DNA of 64,000 nucleotides from an uncultured Bacteroidales bacterium (GTDB lineage: Bacteria > Bacteroidota > Bacteroidia > Bacteroidales > Barnesiellaceae), in assembly GCA_949298955.1 (NCBI GenBank), contig CASFYQ010000006.1:111473-175472 (forward strand). The letters run 5' to 3'. The position numbers and the translations under genes are program-made. The notes under the pieces are model-generated. The model worked only from the letters and a program-made list of their open reading frames with translations. It was not told where the DNA came from and did no database searches. This document shows, one piece after another, positions 18,175 through 24,463 of this stretch; positions within the stretch are counted from its first letter, which is position 1, and each line of letters begins with the position of its first letter.

Positions 18175-19734
18175 TTAATAATCGTACTCGATATTGGTGA
18201 GCCTGTCATTCACAAAAGTCATCGACGATGGTAGCGATGGCGCTATTAGCTTTTTATCGACATAGAGTCCGGTAAACGCCCTAAAAAACTCGCTATATTC
18301 TCTATCATCGTAATACCACAAGGTAATCGTACGTCCATTCCGTACAGTTCTACTAATTTTATAAAGTCCCCTCGGAACGACCTCGCGCACCATTTCCTGA
18401 GTCATACCGACAGCGATTTCCTCGTTTGCCAAAAGGGTTCCGTATCGGCTCCCATATTTTGCCACAAGCCGTTTTTTTAATTCGGCTTTTTCCTTCGCTT
18501 CTTCCCCCTTTTTCAGAGCATACGCCCGTCTTACACCATCTCGCAATTCTATCAATGTTTTACTGTGATTAAGGTGGTATCTTAAAGATTCCGCCGCAGC
18601 TCCTTGTGACCCTATTCCCGATTCATATTTATGCAGCCAATTCCCCTCAACTTCTTCTCCATCGGCAAAAATGGTTTTTCCATCCGTGAAGATAGGCATA
18701 GGTTTTTCCTTACGAACAGAGCTTCTAAATTTCGTTGTGAGATCCCCTATAAATTTATCGCCATTGGCATAATAGTAGGTTCCCGAATCCGGTTCATCAC
18801 CTGAAAAAGTGCCTTCGAACTTATCACCATTGGCATAATAGTAGGTTCCCGAATCCGGTTCATCATCTGAAAAAGTGCCTTCGAATTTATCGCCATTGGC
18901 ATAATAGTAAGTCCCCAATTTCGGGTAAACTTTTATACTATCAGCGTAGTACTTGTAGTCAACAGCAGTGCCTTCGAACTTATCGCCATTGGTATAATAG
19001 TAGGTTCCCGATTTTATCAATCCCTCGTGTCCAACTACAAATACTACGCTGTCTATAATCCCATAGTCGATAGCTCCCTCAAATCTATCTCCATTTTCAA
19101 AGTTTACGATAGAAGTTTCGGGGGTAGAGTCCCGCTCATGCAATTCAATCGACTTAATATTGTAATAACCCTTTATAAAAAAAGGATATATTATTGTGTT
19201 ACCTTGTTTTTTATGAATCGCCATATTGGATCCTCGCAGGGAGTACTCTTTCACTTCCACCGGAGTCAATCTCAACTCGCCCTTACTTTTTACCTCTAAG
19301 CCATTACCTTCTTCTGCATTCGAAATCCGGAAAATTCCTTCCATATATATAGGATAATCCTTATGGATATAGCCACCGTCACGGGCACGACTATTCGACC
19401 ATTCTCTCGACCATCCATACCACAGATAAGTATTAAAAGTTCCCTCCAAATAGGCCGTCCCGTCTTTTACATAGTATCTGCCGCTGGCAATGGTATCTCC
19501 CAGATTTTCACCTACCCCATAACGAATCGTAATGGTTTGATTTTCGACAAACTGTTTTTTACGCACATAGCCGACAATGGAGTAAACACACTCGTGGAAA
19601 GAACCTTTCTTGTATTTGATAGTTTTCCATTGGGTACCTTTGGGCAAAGTCCCGGTCTCTTGCGCCGCGGCCGGCATGGCCACTGCGATCGCACACAACG
19701 ACAGTATAAGCGATATAATGCGGATTGTTTTCAT
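18175..19734 (-). CDS. Secreted MORN-repeat protein
   Basis: Signal peptide MKTIRIISLILSLCAIAVAMPAAAQ. Repeated GTYYYxNGDKFEGT units (MORN-type YxGxxxxGxxxGxG). Confidence 0.85.
   Translation of the reverse strand: MKTIRIISLILSLCAIAVAMPAAAQETGTLPKGTQWKTIKYKKGSFHECVYSIVGYVRKKQFVENQTITIRYGVGENLGDTIASGRYYVKDGTAYLEGTFNTYLWYGWSREWSNSRARDGGYIHKDYPIYMEGIFRISNAEEGNGLEVKSKGELRLTPVEVKEYSLRGSNMAIHKKQGNTIIYPFFIKGYYNIKSIELHERDSTPETSIVNFENGDRFEGAIDYGIIDSVVFVVGHEGLIKSGTYYYTNGDKFEGTAVDYKYYADSIKVYPKLGTYYYANGDKFEGTFSDDEPDSGTYYYANGDKFEGTFSGDEPDSGTYYYANGDKFIGDLTTKFRSSVRKEKPMPIFTDGKTIFADGEEVEGNWLHKYESGIGSQGAAAESLRYHLNHSKTLIELRDGVRRAYALKKGEEAKEKAELKKRLVAKYGSRYGTLLANEEIAVGMTQEMVREVVPRGLYKISRTVRNGRTITLWYYDDREYSEFFRAFTGLYVDKKLIAPSLPSSMTFVNDRLTNIEYDY
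18757..18915 (-). repeat. 66-bp tandem repeat (about 2.4 copies) encoding GTYYYANGDKFEGTFS(D/G)DEPDS
   Basis: Units start at 18757, 18823 and 18889 on the + strand. They are near-identical. Confidence 0.9.
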
Positions 19735-19753
19735 AGTGTATCTTTTTTATGGA

Positions 19754-20638
19754 TTATAAATATCTTTCGGTGAGATAGTCGATATAGTTCTCATGCCCCG
19801 CATAGGAGTTGTTCGCCAAGCGCATGAGAACCTCTTGGCAAGTGATGTGCCGGAAGTCGACACCGTCCGACTTGGCGATCTCGGCAAAACACCCGATTTC
19901 TTTCCTGTGCCCGGCTCCGGCCTCGCCCCATGTGTCGTACCACAGGTATAGCAACTTGAACTTTCGCCGGGGATTGCGCGCGCCCGTAGAGCGGCCTGTC
20001 GTCAAACCCAAAATATGAGTGATGAGCTGGGCCGCATCCAGATACTCAAAACGCCTGTCTCCGGCCGATATTTGCCGAGCCAATTCATAGAGCCCGGGAA
20101 TATCTCGCCACAACGGCTCATGCCCGATGTAGGATTCACAAAGGTGGCGATGACGTTTGTTGTAGGGTTCGGTAAATTTCGTCTCAATGGCAATCAGGCC
20201 CGAAGGTTCTTCGATAACCACATCGAGACAGGCGGGTTGCGGGAAAGTGCGGGCGCCGGCGCTTATCTTGAATTTCTGTTCAAATTTTATTTCCGTCTCG
20301 CCCCCTTGGGGATTGGAGCGCCTTGACAAATTCAACGCGCCCAGCAACGGCGACAGATCCTTGCCCTGCCAGTACTGAAACAGGTTGACCGTAAGCGCCG
20401 ACGACGAGTGTGTGGCGCACATTTTCGCCCGCTTCGTTCGAGTAGCATTCGTCTCGCCTCCGCCACCCGATTTGAACGAACGGGCGGTCGTTTGTGTCAG
20501 CGGCTCAAACAGGTTATCGGCGAGAGACTCCACATACGACAGTTCACCCGCTTTGCCAACCGTGCCGCTCATCAGCCTCGCCCCTCTCCGCCGTGCCCAG
20601 CATCGCTGCTTCAGCTTGATTTGTTTCGATCCGTTCAT
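19754..20638 (-). CDS. PD-(D/E)XK nuclease-like protein (putative orphan restriction-endonuclease-like enzyme)
   Basis: Core motif ACLDVVIEEPSGLIAIETKF, i.e. D-x13-E-x-K in the hydrophobic beta context typical of PD-(D/E)XK. Preceded by HSSSALTVNLF. The ORF is open up to 20767; the ATG at 20638 (MNGSKQ...) is my preferred start and 20572 is also possible. Confidence 0.65.
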   Translation of the reverse strand: MNGSKQIKLKQRCWARRRGARLMSGTVGKAGELSYVESLADNLFEPLTQTTARSFKSGGGGETNATRTKRAKMCATHSSSALTVNLFQYWQGKDLSPLLGALNLSRRSNPQGGETEIKFEQKFKISAGARTFPQPACLDVVIEEPSGLIAIETKFTEPYNKRHRHLCESYIGHEPLWRDIPGLYELARQISAGDRRFEYLDAAQLITHILGLTTGRSTGARNPRRKFKLLYLWYDTWGEAGAGHRKEIGCFAEIAKSDGVDFRHITCQEVLMRLANNSYAGHENYIDYLTERYL

Positions 20639-21221
20639 GGTATAGTTTATTTTAGCCCCGTCATGTGGCTCCTCATGACAGATGAAACAATATAAAAAGT
20701 GTGGAGCCATTCGTTTATTGTGTAGGAGGTCCTGACAAAACCCAAAAGCAAATAAACAATACTCCACACTCGATCGTATATGTTTTTCAACACATACAAC
20801 ACAAGTGACGAGTGTTATTGCTTATCCATGCTTTTTTTGAAACTGTCAGATTTCCTACACAGGATAAAAGCGAAACACTTTCACAAAACATTGCCGCTAT
20901 TTGCGACATTGCAAAGATAATGAAGTTTCCCTATAAAACAACAACATCTCCTCGCTTGGAGTATTGCGATTTGCCTTTGGGTTATTATATAATACGAAAA
21001 TGAAAATTTACGAAATGCAAACAAGTGTAAACAAGATTGAATATTTATCAATAAATCAAATTCCAATCTTTCATTAAGTCTTATAAATAAATCGATTAGT
21101 AAAATTTCTTATGCTAATTTGTTAACTTTATTTATGTATTTATTTATGTCGCTGAGCTATATAGGCATGATAGAAGGACGATAAGGCAAGACTTCATGCG
21201 AGACTGCGCAGCGGGAAGAAA

Positions 21222-21508
21222 GGGGAGGTGTCACGCAGTGACGGAGGGGTTGAAAACACTCATATAAAAACTTTTATTTCCACTTTTTCAACCCCTCTCC
21301 TCGGGGCATAGGCCCTTCGGTTTCTCCCCTATATCACTGTCGTGCCACAGGGGAGAAGTGAAGATAGTTTTTGGCGATAGCCGAGATAGGGGAGGTGTCA
21401 CGTAGTGACGGAGGGGTTGAAAATCTATCGGACACAGTATCTCTTAATCCCCTCGCCTACGGCGCTCCCCCTATATTCCCCTTGTGGAGAACACAGGGGG
21501 AGAGTTTA
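21222..21508. repeat. Direct repeat S2 (right copy) of the composite segment
   Basis: See S1. Contains minus-sense hairpins at 21324-21355 and 21465-21502 and the GGCGATAGCCGAG mini-hairpin (GATA loop) at 21373-21385. Confidence 0.85.
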
Positions 21509-21812
21509 AACCTTGGCATTTACAGGAAGCGCAGAAGAGAAACCCCCTCGCCTGCGGCACTCCCCCTATATTTCCTTGCAAAGAACACAGGGGGAGAGTT
21601 TAAACCTTGGCATTTACAGGAAGCGCAGAAGAGAAACCCCCTCGCCTGCGGCACTCCCCCTATATTTTCTTGCAGAAAACACAGGGGGAGAGGGTAAATG
21701 TAACTTCTTGGCATTTACAGGAAGCGCAGAAGAGGAAACCCTTCGTCACTGCCTGCGGCACTCCTCTATATTTTCTTGCAGAATACACAGGGGGAGAGGT
21801 GAATTTCCCTTT
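21446..21812 (-). repeat. Hairpin-repeat array B: about 4 tandem units of 94-101 bp, hairpins folding in the minus strand sense
   Basis: Units start near 21446, 21541, 21635 and 21736. Hairpins at 21465-21502, 21560-21596, 21654-21690 and 21761-21796. Read on the minus strand: CTCCCCCTGTGT...GCAA/ACAA...ATATAGGGGGAG. Confidence 0.85.
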
Positions 21813-21897
21813 ACATCACCCGCACAGGAACTATTCCGGGTTAAATTTTTTAATAATAATTTTGTCGTGTAAGTTTGTCAAAATGTAAAATAAACTT

Positions 21898-21905
21898 TAC
21901 ATTTG
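21898..21905 (+). promoter_or_regulatory. Bacteroides-type -7 box (TACATTTG) for the membrane protein/HTH pair
   Basis: Matches TAnnTTTG, 43 nt upstream of the ATG at 21948. This 8-mer class is expected by chance about 30 times in a window of this size, so the support comes from position. Confidence 0.4.
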
Positions 21906-21947
21906 TGGTGTGAGAGAAATCAACCTATTTACAAACCCTCATTTGTG

Positions 21948-22424
21948 ATGCTTATGAAAAAGACGTTTCTTTTACCCCACAGCTTTAAGAAAGCGGGTTG
22001 GGCTATTCTCGTTCCCTCCTTTATTATTGGGTTGCTGATGTTCATAGACGGTTGCAATGGTTTCCCCGGTTATTTGATGAAAGGGGTAGACCCGGCCGGC
22101 GAGTTGTATCGGGTGTTGGATTCTGATTCCATGACAGCGGTACTCAACAACATCGCCATCGTTGGTATCTGCGTGGGCAGTCTGTTTGTGGCCTGTTCGC
22201 GCGAGCCGATCGAGGACGAGCTTATCTCCCAGGTGCGGCTCAATTCGCTGCTCATAGCGCTATATCTCAATACGGCATTTATCATTGTGTCGGCCCTTTG
22301 TTTTTACGGACTCGATTATCTGTATGTGATGATAGGGAATATCTTCACCATGTTGCTGGTCTTCCTGGTGGTCTATGAGGTGAAAATGTGGCGACTCAAA
22401 AAATCGTTGAGAGATGAAGAATAG
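21948..22424 (+). CDS. Small 4-TM membrane protein of unknown function
   Basis: Four hydrophobic segments. Its 3' end overlaps the following HTH gene by 11 nt. The ORF-track start at 21903 looks like an upstream extension. Confidence 0.7.
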   Translation: MLMKKTFLLPHSFKKAGWAILVPSFIIGLLMFIDGCNGFPGYLMKGVDPAGELYRVLDSDSMTAVLNNIAIVGICVGSLFVACSREPIEDELISQVRLNSLLIALYLNTAFIIVSALCFYGLDYLYVMIGNIFTMLLVFLVVYEVKMWRLKKSLRDEE

Positions 22425-22614
22425 AATACGGGCCGAACGGGCCGAGCTTCGCATGACCCAGCAGGCATTGGCCGAAGCGACCGGCGTCAGCCGACAGACC
22501 ATCAATGCCATTGAGACGGGGCGGTTTGTCCCCTCGACTGTCCTGGCGCTGAAAATAGCCCGGGTGTTTCGGACATCGGTCGAGCGGATTTTCCAGTTGG
22601 AGTCTGACGACTGA
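22414..22614 (+). CDS. XRE-family helix-turn-helix transcriptional regulator (66 aa, YozG-like)
   Basis: RMTQQALAEATGVSRQTINAIETGRFVPSTVLALKIARVF is a canonical Cro/C1-type HTH. Confidence 0.9.
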   Translation: MKNRIRAERAELRMTQQALAEATGVSRQTINAIETGRFVPSTVLALKIARVFRTSVERIFQLESDD

Positions 22615-22660
22615 ATCGGGGAGGGGGATACCCCGGGAGATTGAATTTGAATAAACGGGC

Positions 22661-22697
22661 AACGGCCGCTGTCCATCATGGGGCAACGGCCGTTTTT
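22661..22697 (+). terminator. Probable intrinsic terminator after the HTH gene
   Basis: AACGGCCG (22661-22668) pairs with CGGCCGTT (22687-22694), followed by TTTTT. Confidence 0.5.
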
Positions 22698-22733
22698 ATC
22701 GGTAGGGCAGGGGCATGGTAGCCTCTGTTCGCA

Positions 22734-23693
22734 TTACAGCGGGTCGTATCCTGCTTCCTCGATGAGGGCTTTGTCGTCGTTGACCCCCGAGCCAAGGGTC
22801 GTGAGCATGTCGCCCATGAGCAGACCGTTCACCCCGGCCAGCAGCGCCTGTTTCTGCGTGGCGCGCGAAAGTCGGGCCCGTCCGCCGGCAAACCGAATGA
22901 ACGCGTGGGGCAAGATGAAGCGGAAGAGGGCGATGGTCACCAGTATCTCCTCGTCGCCGATGGGGGTGGTGTGTTCGAGCGGAGTGCCCGGAATGGGACT
23001 CAAGATGTTCATGGGCACGGAACAGACGTTCAACTCTTTCAGTTCAAAGGCTAACTCGATGCGCTGCCGCATCGTCTCGCCCATGCCGATGATGCCGCCC
23101 GAGCAGATTTCCATACCCAGCTCCTGGGCGGTGCGTATCGTCTCCTTTTTCTGTTCCGAGGTATGTGTCGAGCAGAGTTCGGGAAAATAGGACGAGGCCG
23201 TTTCGAGGTTGCAGTGGTAGCGCTTTACGCCCGCCTCTTTCAGCTTTTGCAGCTCTTCCCGTTTGAGCAGTCCCATCGAGGCACACAGTTGCAGATGCGT
23301 TTCGCGCCCCATGCGGCGGTACAGGTTGCAGAAGTAGTCGAGGTCGTCGCCCCGCACGCTGCGGCCGCTGGTCACGAGCGACAGCCGTTTGATTCCTTGC
23401 GACTCGTTGAGGCGGGCCATTGCCATTGCCTCTTCTTCGGGAATTGCGTCGTAGGTTTCGATACGAGTGTGGTAGTGGGCCGATTGGGCGCACCACTTGC
23501 AGTTCTCGGGGCAGTGTCCCGAGCGAGCGTTGATAATCGAGCAACTGTCGAGCGAGCGGTTGCAGAAATGCCGGCGAATTTCGTCGGCTGCGGCATACAG
23601 TTCGGTACGGCAGGCATGTTCGGCCAGTTCGATGGCTTCGTCGGGCGTAATCTCTCCGCCGGTCAATATGCGGTTTTTAATCTCTTGCAGCAT
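22734..23693 (-). CDS. bioB: Biotin synthase
   Basis: Radical SAM CPENCKWC motif and full-length BioB similarity. Preferred start is MLQEIKN... at 23693. Confidence 0.93.
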   Translation of the reverse strand: MLQEIKNRILTGGEITPDEAIELAEHACRTELYAAADEIRRHFCNRSLDSCSIINARSGHCPENCKWCAQSAHYHTRIETYDAIPEEEAMAMARLNESQGIKRLSLVTSGRSVRGDDLDYFCNLYRRMGRETHLQLCASMGLLKREELQKLKEAGVKRYHCNLETASSYFPELCSTHTSEQKKETIRTAQELGMEICSGGIIGMGETMRQRIELAFELKELNVCSVPMNILSPIPGTPLEHTTPIGDEEILVTIALFRFILPHAFIRFAGGRARLSRATQKQALLAGVNGLLMGDMLTTLGSGVNDDKALIEEAGYDPL

Positions 23694-23905
23694 AGTGTTT
23701 CGTTTTAGTTCCAAGCAGGAATTGTTGATTGGAGGGTACAAATGTAGATTTTTTTGCGAACAATAGGGGCGGGATAGCCCGATAAAAATCGGGCGGAAAG
23801 AGAGAGAGAGTCGAACCCTCCGTCTGTAAACCGTTTGTTCTTAGGGGAATAAGAAAAAAATGATTATTTTTTTTGCAAGGCTATTGCTATGTGCAAAAAA
23901 ATATC

Positions 23906-23913
23906 TACCTTTG
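23906..23913 (+). promoter_or_regulatory. Bacteroides-type -7 box (TACCTTTG) for the SRP RNA / tRNA-Thr unit
   Basis: Matches TAnnTTTG, about 5-8 nt upstream of the predicted RNA 5' end (GGGTAAG at 23918). Confidence 0.5.
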
Positions 23914-23917
23914 TGCC

Positions 23918-24015
23918 CGGGTAAGTCCTATACGGCCAGCTCCTTGTGAATCCCCCAGGGCTTGACCGCAGCAAGGGTAGCCGGTTGTAGCGGCGCGATG
24001 TAGATAGCTTACCCA
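23918..24015 (+). ncRNA. ffs: Probable small bacterial SRP RNA (4.5S / ffs)
   Basis: Terminal helix GGGTAAG...CTTACCC. Internal CCCAGGG...GCAGCAAGGG and GATGTAG elements resemble the helix-8 AGCA loop and the 3' GAUGUAGC of 4.5S RNA. About 98 nt, own promoter, no ORF. The apical loop is not a textbook GGAA. Confidence 0.55.
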
Positions 24016-24018
24016 CCT

Positions 24019-24092
24019 GCCTCTTTAGCTCAGTTGGCCAGAGCACGTGATTTGTAATCTCGGGGTCGTTGGTTCGAATCCGACAAGAGGCT
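24019..24092 (+). tRNA. tRNA-Thr (anticodon TGT)
   Basis: Acceptor GCCTCTT/AAGAGGC, D arm GCTC-AGTTGGCCA-GAGC, anticodon loop TTTGTAA, T arm GTTGG-TTCGAAT-CCGAC. Length 74 nt; CCA not encoded. Confidence 0.9.
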
Positions 24093-24100
24093 CAAAAGAA

Positions 24101-24136
24101 AAAGCCACTTTCGATTTTTCGAAAGTGGCTTTTGTG
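24101..24136. terminator. Rho-independent terminator after tRNA-Thr
   Basis: AAAGCCACTTTCG / CGAAAGTGGCTTT 13-bp stem flanked by A-run and T-run. Confidence 0.7.
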
Positions 24137-24210
24137 TTATATGGGGTTTCAATTATCCGCTGGTTTTCAATCCCCACTGATTTTCTACTGTCCCCAATTC
24201 AGGTGTAGAT

Positions 24211-24253
24211 AAAACACAAACGGCAAGAATATTTTTTATTCTTGCCGTTTGTG
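24211..24253 (-). terminator. Rho-independent terminator of the tRNA-Asp/tRNA-His unit
   Basis: CACAAACGGCAAGAAT / ATTCTTGCCGTTTGTG stem immediately 3' of tRNA-His. Followed on the minus strand by TTTT. Confidence 0.7.
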
Positions 24254-24331
24254 TGGGGTGCTAGATGGGACTCGAACCCACGACCCTCGGAACCACAATC
24301 CGATGCTCTAACCAACTGAGCTACAGGCACC
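24254..24331 (-). tRNA. tRNA-His (anticodon GTG) with G-1 and encoded CCA
   Basis: The reverse complement gives G-1 + GTGCCTG, D arm GCTC-AGTTGGTTA-GAGC, anticodon arm TCGGA-TTGTGGT-TCCGA, T arm GTGGG-TTCGAGT-CCCAT, then CTAGCAC-C-CCA. The acceptor stem has two non-pairs (C5:A68, T6:T67), which lowers confidence slightly. Confidence 0.8.
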
Positions 24332-24368
24332 ATGTTTGATTTTTGTAAAGGCGTTTTTTCGTCCTTAC

Positions 24369-24445
24369 TGGCGGTGCGGACGGGACTCGAACCCGCGACC
24401 CCATGCGTGACAGGCATGTATTCTAACCAGCTGAACTACCGCACC
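24369..24445 (-). tRNA. tRNA-Asp (anticodon GTC), CCA encoded
   Basis: Acceptor GGTGCGG/CCGCACC is perfect. Anticodon arm CATGC-CTGTCAC-GCATG. T arm GCGGG-TTCGAGT-CCCGT. Discriminator G + CCA. Confidence 0.92.
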
Positions 24446-24463
24446 AGTTTCGTTTTGCGACGG

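Larger units (their letters stand above)
18111..21221 (-). other. Repeat-bracketed, AT-richer accessory cassette (MORN protein gene, nuclease-like gene, ~450-bp AT-rich upstream region)
   Basis: Bounded by direct repeats S1 and S2. Base composition is visibly AT-richer than the flanks, especially 18175-19734 and 20770-21180. No integrase or transposase gene is visible. Confidence 0.5.

Noticed and set aside
20881-21066. Small ORFs in the AT-rich gap (61 aa on the minus strand; 27-40-aa ATG ORFs on both strands).
   Set aside because: Their composition is Cys/Phe/Ile-rich as expected from AT-rich non-coding DNA, and there are no supporting signals. They cannot be excluded as micro-ORFs but are not supportable from sequence alone.
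17773-21508. A reading of the hairpins as integron attC sites, given GTTAAAT / GTTGAAA motifs next to imperfect palindromes flanking gene cassettes.
   Set aside because: The inverse core RYYYAAC is not matched (TTTCAAC and TCTTAAC start with T). GTTGAAA violates GTTRRRY. No intI integrase or attI is present, and the hairpins occur in tandem without intervening ORFs.
17441-21812. A reading of the tandem arrays as CRISPR arrays.
   Set aside because: The whole 92-104-bp unit is conserved from copy to copy, so there are no unique spacers. No cas genes are nearby, and the two arrays are related over their full unit length.
21371-21888. Overlapping ORFs inside the repeat arrays (21371-21697, 21513-21872, 21607-21888 on +; 17409-17651, 17881-18093, 21520-21714 on -).
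   Set aside because: They are reading-frame artefacts of tandem repeats, giving repetitive PLACGTPPIF/RKRRRETPSPAALPLYF-type translations. Several frames are open at once and there are no start contexts.
23800-23840. A tRNA-like T-arm (GAGGG-TTCGACT-CTCTC on the minus strand) next to a (GA)n run upstream of bioB.
   Set aside because: No acceptor, D or anticodon arms can be built around it. It is not a complete tRNA or a tmRNA 3' end (no ...CCACCA acceptor).
24199-24417. A 72-aa ORF on the minus strand.
   Set aside because: It is entirely composed of the tRNA-His and tRNA-Asp genes and their spacer.
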